DNA from: an uncultured Gemmatimonadales bacterium
Lineage (GTDB): Bacteria > Gemmatimonadota > Gemmatimonadetes > Gemmatimonadales > GWC2-71-9
Direction of reading: 5' to 3'
NCBI GenBank assembly: GCA_963724265.1
Contig: CAVRTU010000006.1
Location: 24,152-88,151, forward strand
Length of the DNA stretch: 64,000 nt
Every line of letters starts with the position of its first letter. The first letter of the stretch is position 1. Below the pieces are notes generated by a model. It made no database searches, was not told the DNA's origin, and saw only the letters and a program-made list of their open reading frames with translations. The position numbers and the translations under genes are program-made. This document shows positions 12,126 to 22,933 of the stretch, in pieces.

Positions 12126-13448
12126 TTATGGTATCGCTGCAGCGCCGGCGAGGTAGCGGACCGTCTTCACCCGAAGGCCTTCCATCTCCGCGATCTCGAA
12201 GACGTCGCGGCCCACGGTGACCCGGTCGCCGGGGCGGGGCAGGCGGCCGAGCTGGCCAAAGAGATAGCCGCCCAGCGTCGAGTAGTCGCTGTCTTCCAGG
12301 GAAAGATCGTACTCGGTGTTGAGGTCGGTGAGGGCGATGCCCCCCTCGATCAGTGGCGCCCCTTCGGTCGGAGTCGCCAGCCGGTCGGTCCTGTCGTACT
12401 CGTCGAAGATGTCGCCCACGATCTCCTCGAGCAGGTCCTCCATCGTCACCAGGCCCGCCGTCCCGCCGTACTCGTCGAGCACGATGGCCAGGTGGACCTT
12501 GAGCCGCTTCATGTCGGCCAGCACGTCCTCGACCTCGCGAGTGCCGGGGACGAAGAGCGGAGGCCGCATGATCTCCGCCACCCGGGCGCCGGGCTGCGCG
12601 CGGAGGGCCGTCAGGATATCCTTGGCGTGGACCACGCCGCTGATCTCGTCGAGGGAGACGGCGTAGACCGGGTAGCGGGAGCGGCGGGCCCGGGCCACCA
12701 CGTCGGCCGCCTCCTCGACGGTGAGGTCGGCCGCGAGCGCGGTCATCTGGGTCCGCGGCGTCATCACCTCGCGGGCGGTCTTCTCGCTGAACTCGAAGAC
12801 GCCGGCCAGGAGACGGGCGTCCTCCTTTTCCAGCGAGCCGCCCTCTTGGCTTTGCTCCACGAGCATCCTTATTTCTTCAGGAGAGTGCATCCGGCTCCGC
12901 TCGTCGAGAGGGCGGACGCCGATGTGCCGAAGCACCCAGTTGGCCGTGCCGTTGAGGACGGTGATGGCGGGCGCGACGACCCAGGCGAAGGCCATGAGCG
13001 GGGCGGCCACCCAGCCGCTCAGGGTTTCGGGATGGACCAGCGCGAGCGCCTTGGGGAGCAGCTCTCCGAGCAGAATGAGGACGAAGGTGATCAGCCCGAA
13101 GGCCAGCGGGGTGGCCAGGGTCAGCGTGGGGACCGGCCCCAGGTTGGGCGGCAGCTTGATCAGCGCGTCGCGAAGGATGCGGGCCAGCGCCGGCTCACCG
13201 AGCCAGCCCAGCGCCAGGCTGCAGAGGGTGATCCCGATCTGGGTCGCGCCGATGTAGCGGGGCAGGGTCCGGACGACCCGGATGGCCAGGAGGGCGCGGC
13301 GGTCGCCGTTCTGGGCCAGCTCCTCCAGGCGGGTGCGGCGGGCCCCCACCAGGGCAAACTCCGCCGCGACGAAGAATCCATTCAGCAGGACCAGCGCCAG
13401 GACGGCCCCCAGGCCGACCACCACGGGAGTACCGCTTGAGCCTTCCAT
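12126..13448 (-). CDS. HlyC/CorC (CNNM-CBS) family transporter
   Basis: LNGFFVAAEFALV, QIGITL, GELLPK, AREVMTPR, DEYGGTAGLVTMEDLLEEIVGDI. Confidence 0.92.
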   Translation of the reverse strand: MEGSSGTPVVVGLGAVLALVLLNGFFVAAEFALVGARRTRLEELAQNGDRRALLAIRVVRTLPRYIGATQIGITLCSLALGWLGEPALARILRDALIKLPPNLGPVPTLTLATPLAFGLITFVLILLGELLPKALALVHPETLSGWVAAPLMAFAWVVAPAITVLNGTANWVLRHIGVRPLDERSRMHSPEEIRMLVEQSQEGGSLEKEDARLLAGVFEFSEKTAREVMTPRTQMTALAADLTVEEAADVVARARRSRYPVYAVSLDEISGVVHAKDILTALRAQPGARVAEIMRPPLFVPGTREVEDVLADMKRLKVHLAIVLDEYGGTAGLVTMEDLLEEIVGDIFDEYDRTDRLATPTEGAPLIEGGIALTDLNTEYDLSLEDSDYSTLGGYLFGQLGRLPRPGDRVTVGRDVFEIAEMEGLRVKTVRYLAGAAAIP

Positions 13449-13494
13449 GCGGGCGAACGTTAGCGGGGCGGGAGCCCCGCCGCGAGGTGGCCCG

Positions 13495-14784
13495 ATGATC
13501 CGCTCGATCACCGTTCCGCCCTTCGATCGGCTGGAGCCATTCCTGCCCCGCCCGGGGCGTCCGGACCCCGCGACCCGCGATACGGTCGCCGCGATCATGG
13601 CCGAAGTGGCCGAGCGGGGTGACGCCGGGGTGCAGGCCTGCCTGCAACGGTACGACGGCCTTGAACTGGCTCCCGGTACCTGGGAAGTGCCCCAGGCCGA
13701 CTGGCAGGAAGCGCTCGACCACGGCATCGATCTCGAACTGCGCGACGCGCTGGAGACCGCCGCCGCCCGGATCCGCGACTACCACCTGCGCCAGAAGGAC
13801 GCCGGCTTCCAGCTGCTGCAGGAAGACGGCAGCATCCTCGGCATGCGGGTCGCCCCAGTCGATCGGGCGGGGATCTATGTCCCCGGTGGCAAGGCGAGCT
13901 ATCCCTCCTCGGTCCTCATGAGTGCCATCCCGGCCGCGGTGGCCGGGGTTCCCGAGATCATCGTGGTGACGCCCGCCGTCGGGGGTGACCGATGCGGTGC
14001 TGGCCGCCGCCAGCCTGGCGGGGGTGACCCGCCTCTTCCGCGATCGGCGGAGCGCAGGCCATCGCGGCGCTGGCGTACGGAACGGCGACGATCCCCCGGG
14101 TGGACAAGATCGTGGGCCCGGGCAACCGCTGGGTGGCCGAGGCCAAGCGTCAGGTCGCGGGGCTGGTCGGGATCGACATGATGGCGGGGCCGACCGAGCT
14201 GGTGGTCATCGCGGACGGCACCGCCGACGCCGACCGGGTGGCGGTCGACATGATCGCCCAGGCGGAGCACGACGAGGACGCCACCGCCTGGTGCGTCACC
14301 ACCGACCTGCAGCTGGCCGAGGCGATTCCCGGCGCGCTGGAGCGGGCGCTGGCCCGCGCGCCGCGGGGCGAAGGTGGCTCGGACCGCCCTGGACCGGAAC
14401 GGGCTCGTGGTCTGGGTGCCGAGCACGCGAGAGGCGGTGCAGGTGGTCAACCTGCGGGCGCCCGAGCACCTGATGATCCTGACCCGCGACCCCGAGGCGG
14501 TGGCCGAGGGGGTGCGCCACGCCGGCGCCATCTTCCTGGGCGAGGACTCGCCGGAACCGGTCGGGGACTACATCGCCGGCCCCAGCCACGTGCTGCCCAC
14601 CGGCGGGACGGCGCGGTTCGCCTCGCCGCTCGGCGTGTATGACTTCATCAAGCGCACGAGCATCGTGTGGTACAATCGCTCCCGGCTGCTCAACGATGCG
14701 GACCGGATCATCGTGCTGGCGGCGGCGGAGGGGCTGCCCGGTCACGCGGAGGCAATGCGGATCCGGATGAGAGACGAGCGGTAG
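13495..14784 (+). CDS. hisD: Histidinol dehydrogenase (frameshifts)
   Basis: [59 protein letters not shown]. Confidence 0.95.
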
Positions 14785-14802
14785 AGGCGGCAGAGGCGGA
14801 CG

Positions 14803-15808
14803 ATGATGCACAGTCATTCACATGGGGTTGGTGCGGGGCACGGGGGGGCGAGCCACTCCGTGCCGCGCCGCCTCTCCCGCCACGACCGCCTCACCTCCGT
14901 GTCCCGCGGTCGTGGCACCCAACCCCGATTCCACACGGCGACTCTGGCTGGTCCTCGGCATCACCTTCGCGTTCATGCTGATCGAGGCGGTGGGTGGCTG
15001 GCTCGCGGGCTCGCTGGCGCTGCTGGCGGACGCGGCCCACATGCTGACCGACGTGGGGGCGCTGGGGCTGGTGCTGCTGACCGCCTGGATCTCGCGGCGG
15101 CCGGCTGACGACTCCAAGACCTACGGATATCTCCGGTGGGAGATCCTGGCCGCGCTGGTCAATGGGGCCTTCCTGTTCGGTGTCGCCGTGGTGGTGGTCG
15201 TGGAGGCGGTCTCCAGGATCCGTCACCCGGAGCCGATCAAGGCGGGGCTCTTTCTCGGTGTGGCCGTCGCCGCGCTGCTCGCCAACGCCGTTTCGCTCTT
15301 CCTGCTGCACGCCGACCGGGAACACAGCCTCAACACCCGGGGCGCCTATCTCCATGTCCTGGGCGACCTGCTGGGGTCGCTGGGCGCGATCGCCGCGGCG
15401 CTGATCATCCGGTTCACGGGGTGGACGCTGGCCGACCCGCTGCTCTCGATCCTGCTCTCCCTGCTCATCCTGGGCGGCGCCTGGCGGCTGGTCCGCGAGA
15501 GCACCGACATCCTGCTCGAGGCGGTCCCCCGGCACGTGCAGCTGCCCGAGGTGCAGCGCCGGATCCTGTCGGTACCGGGCGTGGCGGCGGTGCACGATCT
15601 CCACGTCTGGACGGTCACCAGCGGCATGGTGGCCATGAGCGGCCACGCGGTGGTGCCGGTGCTGGCGGAACATCCCCGGGTCCTGGCCGGGATCCGCGAG
15701 GAGCTGGCCCGGATGGGGATCGGGCACGTGACGGTGCAGGTGGAGGTGGGGTCGGCGTGCGGGGAGGGGGCGGGAGGGCGGGAGGGCGGGAGGGCGGGAG
15801 GCTCCTAG
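14803..15808 (+). CDS. Cation diffusion facilitator (CzcD/ZitB-like; His-rich N-terminus, frameshift)
   Basis: MMHSHSHG start; SLALLADAAHMLTD, AYLHVLGDLLGS, VHDLHVW. Confidence 0.9.
15768..15801 (+). repeat. Tandem (GGGCGGGA)n array, left arm of an inverted pair flanking the four-helix-bundle gene
   Basis: gggcgggagggcgggagggcgggagggcgggagg read directly. Confidence 0.85.
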
Positions 15809-16170
15809 CCGCTTTCGGTCCCACTCAACGAACGGTACAATCCCCAGAGGGCCCGCCCCAGCTTTTCTCGCTCGCCTTCGAGCATTTCCCAATCAGATTG
15901 ATTCAGTATTTCGAGTTCTCGTGCAACCAAGAGCAGGCAGGCAACCTCCTCCAGCGATCCCAGGGAGATGTCGAGGTAACGGCGGAACTCCCTCGACCCC
16001 CGTTTCGCAGAGCCTTCTGCGATGTTCGCTACTACCGAAATCGCAGCCCGTCGGATCTGTGATGTTAGTCCGTAACGCTCCTCCGGTGGCCAGGCCCTCG
16101 TTGCGCGGTACACCAGCTTCGCAAGGCGGATTCCCCGCTGCCAGGCCACGAATCGTTCGAATGGACGCAT
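15805..16170 (-). CDS. Four helix bundle protein (23S rRNA IVP / Avd-like family)
   Basis: AWQ...[34 protein letters not shown]...[15 protein letters not shown]. Confidence 0.93.
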   Translation of the reverse strand: MRPFERFVAWQRGIRLAKLVYRATRAWPPEERYGLTSQIRRAAISVVANIAEGSAKRGSREFRRYLDISLGSLEEVACLLLVARELEILNQSDWEMLEGEREKLGRALWGLYRSLSGTESG

Positions 16171-16234
16171 CCAGGAAGGATGCAATCCCAGCGGCCCGAA
16201 ACGCGTATCGCATTACCACGACGATCATCCTTTT

Positions 16235-16266
16235 TCCGCCCTCCCGCCCTCCCGCCCTCCCGCCCT
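16235..16266 (-). repeat. Tandem (TCCCGCCC)n array, right arm of the inverted pair
   Basis: tccgccctcccgccctcccgccctcccgccc, reverse complement of the 15768 array. Confidence 0.85.
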
Positions 16267-16337
16267 TGCCCCCGCCCTGATCCCCGCCTATATATGCCGC
16301 GCGTAAGGGGTTGTTTCGTCGTCTCGAGAAGGGTGAA

Positions 16338-18209
16338 ATGTCAGACCAGACCGCCATTCGCAACATCGCCATCATCGCGCACGTCGACCATGGCAAGACC
16401 ACGCTCGTCGACCAGATGCTGCGGCAGGCGGGGGCGTTCCGGCTGAACCAGCAGGTCGAAGAGCGGGTGATGGATTCCAATCCGCTGGAGCGGGAGCGGG
16501 GCATCACGATCCTGGCCAAGAACACCTCGGTGCGCTGGCGCGGCACCAAGATCAACATCGTCGATACGCCCGGCCACGCCGACTTCGGCGGCGAGGTGGA
16601 GCGGATCCTGCGCATGGTGGACGGGGTGCTGATCCTGGTGGATGCCGCCGAGGGGCCGATGCCGCAGACCCGGTTCGTCACCCGCAAGGCGCTGGCGCTG
16701 GGGCTCCGGCCGATCGTGGCGATCAACAAGATCGACCGGGCCGACGCCGAGCCGCTACCGGGTGCACGACGAGGTGCTGGGGCTGTTCATCGATCTCGAG
16801 GCCTCGCCACGACCAGCTGGAGGCCCCTTTCCTTTATACGTCGAGCCGCGCCGGCACGGCGACCTCCGACCTGGAAAAGCCCGGGACCGACCTGGTGCCG
16901 CTCTTCGACACCATTCTCAGCTATGTGCCCGCCCCCGCGCGGCGACAGCGAGGGGCCCTTCCAGATGCTGATCTCGACCCTCGACTTCTCGACCTTCCTG
17001 GGCCGGATGGCCATCGGGCGGATCGAGCGGGGCCGGATCCGGGTGGGCGACTCGATCGTGCTGCTGCCGATCGGCACGCCGGGGATGGTTCCCGAGGGCG
17101 AGCCGGGCGTCGAGCGGAGCCGGATCACCAAGCTGTTCACCTTCGATGGACTGGCCCGGGTCGAGATCCAGGAGGCGCAGGCGGGCGACATCGTGGTGCT
17201 GGCGGGGCTCGAGGGGATCGAGATCGGCCGGACGATCACCACGGCGGATTTCCCGCAGCGGCTGGAGGGCATCGCGGTCGAGGAACCGACGATCTCGGTG
17301 GACTTCGTGATCAACAACTCGCCCTTCGCCGGGCGCGAGGGGAAGTTCGTCACCAGCCGGCAGGTACGGGACCGGCTGTTCCGGGAGCTGGAGCGGAATG
17401 TCGCCCTCAAGGTGGACGACACCGACAGTCCCGACACCTGGGCGGTCGCCGGCCGCGGCGAGCTCCACCTGGGCATCCTGATGGAGACGATGCGGCGCGA
17501 GGGGTTCGAGTTCCAGGTCTCGCGGCCCCGGGTGATCACCCGCGAGGGCCCCGACGGCGAGCGGCTGGAGCCGTACGAGGAGCTGATGGTGGATGTGCCG
17601 GAGGAGTACATCGGCGTCGTCATCGAGAAGCTGGGGCCCCGCCGTTCCGAGCTGCTGGAAATGAAGAACCCGGGGCAGGGGATGGTGCGGATGAACTTCC
17701 GGATCCCCGCGCGCGGCCTGTTCGGCTACCGCTCGGAGTTCCTGACCGACACCCGGGGCACGGGGATCATGCATCACCGCTTCCTCGAGTACGGTCCGTG
17801 GGCCGGCCCGCTGGCGGGACGGAAGAACGGAGTGCTGGTGGCGGACCGCGAGGGCGCGGTGGTCGCCTTTGCGCTGGGCAACCTGCAGGAGCGGGCCCAG
17901 ATGTTCGTCACCCCGGGCGACCATGTCTACGAGGGCATGATCTCGGGCGAGAACTCCCGGCCGGGCGACATGGACGTGAATGTCACCAAGGAAAAGAAGC
18001 TGACCAACATGCGGACCACCGCATCCGACGACAACGTCATCCTGGAGCCGCCGCGGCAGATCACGCTGGAGTACGCCCTCGAGTACATCGAGGAGGACGA
18101 GTTGATCGAGATCACGCCGAAGTCGATCCGGCTGCGCAAGCGGGCACTGGCGGCGACCGATCGGAAGCGGGCGGCCCGGGCGGCGGCCCGAGCGGTCGAC
18201 GCCTCGTAG
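16338..18209 (+). CDS. typA: Translational GTPase TypA/BipA (compensating frameshifts near 16755-16930)
   Basis: [73 protein letters not shown]. Confidence 0.97.
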   Translation: MSDQTAIRNIAIIAHVDHGKTTLVDQMLRQAGAFRLNQQVEERVMDSNPLERERGITILAKNTSVRWRGTKINIVDTPGHADFGGEVERILRMVDGVLILVDAAEGPMPQTRFVTRKALALGLRPIVAINKIDRADAEPLPGARRGAGAVHRSRGLATTSWRPLSFIRRAAPARRPPTWKSPGPTWCRSSTPFSAMCPPPRGDSEGPFQMLISTLDFSTFLGRMAIGRIERGRIRVGDSIVLLPIGTPGMVPEGEPGVERSRITKLFTFDGLARVEIQEAQAGDIVVLAGLEGIEIGRTITTADFPQRLEGIAVEEPTISVDFVINNSPFAGREGKFVTSRQVRDRLFRELERNVALKVDDTDSPDTWAVAGRGELHLGILMETMRREGFEFQVSRPRVITREGPDGERLEPYEELMVDVPEEYIGVVIEKLGPRRSELLEMKNPGQGMVRMNFRIPARGLFGYRSEFLTDTRGTGIMHHRFLEYGPWAGPLAGRKNGVLVADREGAVVAFALGNLQERAQMFVTPGDHVYEGMISGENSRPGDMDVNVTKEKKLTNMRTTASDDNVILEPPRQITLEYALEYIEEDELIEITPKSIRLRKRALAATDRKRAARAAARAVDAS

Positions 18210-18256
18210 GGCACGGGGCCAGGCGGATTCACCTTTTTCTCGAGCCGGAGGAAGCC

Positions 18257-18493
18257 ATGCTGGCGTGGGAAGCGTCGAGGGAGGCGATCGAGCTGCGTCG
18301 CCGGAACGATGACGACGAAATGGACGACGAGGACGCCTTCACGTTTGACGACGACGAGGACGAGGACGATCTGGACGACGAGCTGGAGGACGACGAGGAC
18401 TTCGACGACGACGAACTCGACGACGAAGACTTCGACGACGTCGAGATCGAGGAACTGGAGGACGACGACGAGCCCCGGCCCCGCCGGCGCTAG
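18257..18493 (+). CDS. Small highly acidic (Asp/Glu-rich) protein
   Basis: GGAGG RBS then MLAWEASREAIELRRRNDDDEMDDEDAF...EDDDEPRPRRR. Confidence 0.65.
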   Translation: MLAWEASREAIELRRRNDDDEMDDEDAFTFDDDEDEDDLDDELEDDEDFDDDELDDEDFDDVEIEELEDDDEPRPRRR

Positions 18494-18527
18494 CGCCGGC
18501 TCCAGCCATCCCTTTAGCTTTACCCAA

Positions 18528-18551
18528 GGGGCACGCCGTCCGGCGTGCCCC
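18528..18551 (+). terminator. GC-rich hairpin after typA and the acidic gene
   Basis: ggggcacgccg-tc-cggcgtgcccc perfect 11-bp inverted repeat; only a weak T-tail. Confidence 0.45.
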
Positions 18552-18575
18552 GCACTTCAACTTTCGAGGGCCCCG

Positions 18576-19016
18576 ATGCGTCGTTTCTCCCCCCTGAAGG
18601 CGGTGGCTGTCGCCGCCCTGGCCACTTCGGCCGTGGTGGCGGCCTGCAGCAGCAGCTCCGACAATACCTGCGGCAGCGGCACACCGCCCAGCCTGGCCGG
18701 GAGCTGGGACCTGCGCGCGTTCACGATCGGCACCGCCACCGTCCCGTCGCCGCCGGCGACCGGCGAGCTCCGGATCCACGAGGCGAGCGCGACCAACGGG
18801 ACCTACGCGATCAACTATGACCTGGGCGTCGGGGGACCACAGTTCGACAGCGGGACCTACGCGCTGACCGGCCAGCACTGCATGAGCCAGAGTTCCCTGG
18901 TCAACGCCACCCAGCCCCAGTTCGTGGGAACCTATACGCTCACCAATGCCGACTCGCTGGCCGTGACCGGCACAGCGGGTGGGCAGACGATCGACAACTA
19001 CTGGACGCTCAAATAG
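18576..19016 (+). CDS. Lipoprotein, lipocalin-like beta fold
   Basis: Signal peptide with VAAC lipobox; SLAGSWDL motif. Confidence 0.65.
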   Translation: MRRFSPLKAVAVAALATSAVVAACSSSSDNTCGSGTPPSLAGSWDLRAFTIGTATVPSPPATGELRIHEASATNGTYAINYDLGVGGPQFDSGTYALTGQHCMSQSSLVNATQPQFVGTYTLTNADSLAVTGTAGGQTIDNYWTLK

Positions 19017-19029
19017 CCACCGACTGTCC

Positions 19030-21198
19030 GTGAAGCCAGTGCTCCGGGTGGCGCTGGCCGCCCTCGCGGCTGTCCTTCTGCTGGTCCCGGTCGGGGCGCT
19101 CCAGGCCCAGGCCGGGACCGCCGTGCTTCAGGGCACCATCACCGACAGCAGCGGGGCCGGAGTTCCCGGTGTCCTGGTCCAGATCATGGGCACCCGGCTC
19201 TCGGCCAGCACCGCCGACAGCGGCCGGTACCGGATCAGCGGCATCACCCCGGGCACCTACGCGGTCCGGCTCCTCGCCATCGGCTACCTGGCCAGGGTCA
19301 GGAACTCGGTCATCATCACCGCCGGTGCTCCCACCCGGCTCGATCTCATCCTGGCCCAGTCGGCCGTGACCATGCCCAGCATCTTCGTGACCGCCGGGCC
19401 CTCGGGGGCCAAGGCGGGCGAGGCCACGGTCAGCATCGCGACCATGGACTCGGGCGAGGTCCAGAGTCGCAATGTCACCACGGTGGACCAGGTGCTTCCG
19501 TTCATTCCCGGTGTGCAGTTCAACCACACCACCCTGGACATCCGGGGGGCCTCGGGCGTCGAGGAGGGAGTCGGCAGCCGGATCCTGATGATGATGGACG
19601 GACACTCCGTCCTCACCGGCGACGGGGGCCAGATCAACTTCGAAGCCCTGCCGATGATGGACCTGGACCGGATCGAGACGGTCAAGGGCGCCTACTCGGC
19701 GCTCTACGGCAGCGCCGCCCTGGCCGGAGTGATCAACATGATCACGACCCCGATCCTGGCCCAGCCCCAATCGGCGATCAAGGTCTACGCCGGCGCCTTC
19801 CAGGTGCCCCAGGCGCACCAGTTCACCAGCGAGAACCTGAACTTCGCCGGGCTCGAGCTGCAGCACTCGCGGCAGGTGGGAAGCGTGGGCATGCGGCTGG
19901 CGGCGGGTGGGGAGAGCAACGACGGGTTCACCCAGAACGGGCAGGTGAACCGCCTCTACCTGCGGGGGAAGTTCACCTCGGCGGCCGACAACCCGCACCC
20001 GTGGGACGCGTTCGTGATCGCCAGCGGCTGGAACTCGGGCGAATACTTCGTCTGGCGGTCAGCGCTGGAACCCAACGAGGTCCCCCCCGGAGAGCTGGGC
20101 AACTGGAGCCGCGAGAACCAGGTGCTCACCGGGGCGACGTTCACCCCGGTCGCGACCCAGCACCTGACGTTCCACATCTCCCCGAGCGTACTGTACAGCT
20201 CCGCCCAGAACTTCTTCAACGTGCCCCCGGGCACAGCGAACGACTGGCACAACGCGGTCAAGGGGGGCGCCAACGCCGCCGTGACCATCAACGCGGGGCG
20301 GAATAACACAGTCACGACCGGGGTGGAGGGGTTCTATACGGGCATCCGATCCAACTTCATCGGGCGGCCCTCGATCACCGACCTCTCGGCCTTCGGGATG
20401 GACGAGGTCGTCCTCAGTGACCGCCTGCGCGGCACCCTGGGGGCCCGGCTCGACTATCACAGCGCCACCGGGAGCGTGGCCCAGGCTGTGTTCAGCCCGA
20501 CCGTCGGCATGGTCTGGGGCGCCACTTCCTGGATGAACGTGCGGGGTTCACTGGGCCACGGGTACCGGGCGCCGAGCGCGGTGGAGCAGTTCGTCACGTC
20601 CAGCCGCTCGGGCTTCTTCGTGGTGCCCAACGACTCGCTGGTGGGCGAGTCGGCCTGGACTGGCGAGATCGGCGCGACCGCGACCGTCGGCAACTGGCTC
20701 ATGCTGGACGGCGCCGCCTTCCAGAGCGACTACCACGACTTCATCGGCCCGGCCCCGGTCCCCCTTTCCGTCAACACGTTCCAGTTCCAGAACCTCAGCT
20801 CGGCCATGGTGCGTGGATTCGACCTGAGTTCGCGGATGTCGGTGGTGCCCAAGATCATGGATCTGACGGTGAGCTACATGTTTCTGGACAGCCGGGACAC
20901 GGCGGACAGACCGCTGCCGTACCGGTCGCGCAACACCTTTACGACGTCGGCGGAGTTCCTGCGGGGCAAGGTGGCCGTCGACTTCCAGTACCGCAGCCGG
21001 ATTGAGACGGTGCTCCAGTTCCCGCTCGACGAGCGGAACGCGATCACGCTGGTGGGGCTCCGGCTGGGGTACCAGTTCCGGAACTTCAACGTGATGGCCA
21101 AGATCACCAATCTGCTGCAGGCGCAGTATGTGGACGTGATGGAGCACACGGTGGGGGAACCGCGGAACCTGATCGTGACGGTGGTGTGGGGGTCGTGA
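19030..21198 (+). CDS. TonB-dependent receptor with N-terminal carboxypeptidase-regulatory-like domain
   Basis: GTITDSSG...GRYRISGITPGTY; plug IRG...RIETVKGAYSALYGSAALAGVIN; beta-barrel C-terminus. Confidence 0.9.
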   Translation: MKPVLRVALAALAAVLLLVPVGALQAQAGTAVLQGTITDSSGAGVPGVLVQIMGTRLSASTADSGRYRISGITPGTYAVRLLAIGYLARVRNSVIITAGAPTRLDLILAQSAVTMPSIFVTAGPSGAKAGEATVSIATMDSGEVQSRNVTTVDQVLPFIPGVQFNHTTLDIRGASGVEEGVGSRILMMMDGHSVLTGDGGQINFEALPMMDLDRIETVKGAYSALYGSAALAGVINMITTPILAQPQSAIKVYAGAFQVPQAHQFTSENLNFAGLELQHSRQVGSVGMRLAAGGESNDGFTQNGQVNRLYLRGKFTSAADNPHPWDAFVIASGWNSGEYFVWRSALEPNEVPPGELGNWSRENQVLTGATFTPVATQHLTFHISPSVLYSSAQNFFNVPPGTANDWHNAVKGGANAAVTINAGRNNTVTTGVEGFYTGIRSNFIGRPSITDLSAFGMDEVVLSDRLRGTLGARLDYHSATGSVAQAVFSPTVGMVWGATSWMNVRGSLGHGYRAPSAVEQFVTSSRSGFFVVPNDSLVGESAWTGEIGATATVGNWLMLDGAAFQSDYHDFIGPAPVPLSVNTFQFQNLSSAMVRGFDLSSRMSVVPKIMDLTVSYMFLDSRDTADRPLPYRSRNTFTTSAEFLRGKVAVDFQYRSRIETVLQFPLDERNAITLVGLRLGYQFRNFNVMAKITNLLQAQYVDVMEHTVGEPRNLIVTVVWGS

Positions 21199-21260
21199 TT
21201 CCGGGGTTGTTCTCCCGGGGGCACGACGCTAGAATCCCTCCCCGCCAGATCGTTCGGCCG

Positions 21261-21334
<74 letters not shown>

Positions 21335-21411
21335 CTAAACTGCAGGGAGCAGGGAGCGGTAAGCAGGTTGCCCCGTCGGCCTTGATGGCCGGCGGGGATT
21401 TTGTTTGCGGG

Positions 21412-22725
21412 CTAGGTCCCTTCCACCCGCCGGCGCACCAGGGTGATGTGGTCCCGGAGGGTGTAGAGCATCGGGCTGTAGGCGACGGGGAGCTGCAGCT
21501 TGTGGGCCCGCTGTTCCAGCGAATCGAGCCGGCCGACGACCTCCGCTGAAACCGGCGTCTTGTTGCCGGCGCCCACTGCCAGCTCCAGCACCCGGAGCTC
21601 GGAGTAGAGGCCGAAGATCCGGCGCCGGATGCTCCAGGCGTAGACCGACGGTGCCAGGCGGACCAGGGGATACATCACGCCCAGCAGGGGCACCAGGAGG
21701 ACCAGGAGCCGCTCGACCAGCGCCGCCAGCCAAAAGGGGAGGTAGCGCTGGGCCAGCGGCCGTCCCGACTTGTAGAACTGCCTCGCCTCGGCGCTGAGCG
21801 GCAGGTCGATCGCCTCGGCGGCGGGGAACTGTCCCGCATCGTCGAAGACGCTGGGGTGGCCGTGAATCTGCTCGGCGGCGTCGAGCAGCAGGTACTGGAT
21901 CGCCGGGTGGAGGTCGCGCCGGATGACGAGACTGCTCTTGACGGCCAGCAGCGGCACGTCGGCGGGCGGATTGTCGAGGGCGAGGTCTCCCGTGCCTTCG
22001 GGCAGGACCAGCTTCTCGAGATAGGGGAAGAGCGCGGCATAGGCGTCCACCCGTCTCAGGGCCAGGAGCTTGATCCCAGGGGCCCTGAGCAACTGCTGAA
22101 TGGCCGGCGATTCCCAGGCGCCGAGGATCACGGCCGCGTCGATCTGCCCGTGCTGCAACTGCTCCGCGGACGCCTCGGGGGTAAGCGGCAGAAGCAGGGC
22201 GCTGTCGGTGTCGATGCCCGCACTGGCCAGCAGGGTGGACGCCAGGGCCCTAGTCCCGCTCCGGTTGGGACCCATCGAGACTCGGAGGCCGACGAGCTCC
22301 TTCATGAAGCCCGTAGAGGTCTCCTTGCGACCCCGGTAGAATATCCACAGCGGCTGGTAGAAGAGCGTGCCGAGCGAGGCCAGCTGCGGAGATATCTTCT
22401 TGTTGGTAAGCCCGCCCTGCACGAACCCGACGTCAACTCCTGTCCTGGCGTCGCTCAGGAGCTGCAGATTCTCGACGTCGCCATCCGATGAGCGAAGGTC
22501 AACCTCGATCCCCTCGCGTGCCAGGAGCTCCCGGTATTCCTGCCCTATGAGCTGATACGCGCTCCCCTCGGCCCCTGTCGCCATGACGATGTGCCGTGGG
22601 GGGAGCGGGCGCAGCTGGTCGAGCGCCCACCAGAGGCCGGCTCCGACGAGCACCATCGTGGCCACCAGCGCGGCGACGAGGTACCCGCGCCGCGAGGGGG
22701 GGATCAACTCCGATAGCCTTGGCAC
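21412..22725 (-). CDS. TAXI-family TRAP solute-binding protein with C-terminal TM extension
   Basis: MATGAEGSAY, GDVENLQLL, GFVQGG, LFYQPLWIF, LHPAIQYLLL. Confidence 0.85.
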   Translation of the reverse strand: MPRLSELIPPSRRGYLVAALVATMVLVGAGLWWALDQLRPLPPRHIVMATGAEGSAYQLIGQEYRELLAREGIEVDLRSSDGDVENLQLLSDARTGVDVGFVQGGLTNKKISPQLASLGTLFYQPLWIFYRGRKETSTGFMKELVGLRVSMGPNRSGTRALASTLLASAGIDTDSALLLPLTPEASAEQLQHGQIDAAVILGAWESPAIQQLLRAPGIKLLALRRVDAYAALFPYLEKLVLPEGTGDLALDNPPADVPLLAVKSSLVIRRDLHPAIQYLLLDAAEQIHGHPSVFDDAGQFPAAEAIDLPLSAEARQFYKSGRPLAQRYLPFWLAALVERLLVLLVPLLGVMYPLVRLAPSVYAWSIRRRIFGLYSELRVLELAVGAGNKTPVSAEVVGRLDSLEQRAHKLQLPVAYSPMLYTLRDHITLVRRRVEGT

Positions 22726-22933
22726 CCGGGACCCTCACAGAAAGTGAAGCGACTCAATGTAAGCGAAGGAAGCCGGCGAGCGAGGAGGGGGCTCAGGCTG
22801 CGCCGTGCCGAAGGACCGACCGGACCGGGCCGTTGCAGAGTCCGCACTGGCCATCGACCAGAAGGATCGGGCGGGATCATCGCGAGTCGGGGTCACCTCA
22901 GGAAAGCGCGCTGGCCCGAGGGCGGTCAGGCAT

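Noticed and set aside
15805-16170. Avd-like gene as part of a diversity-generating retroelement
   Set aside because: No reverse transcriptase or TR/VR repeat pair in the window
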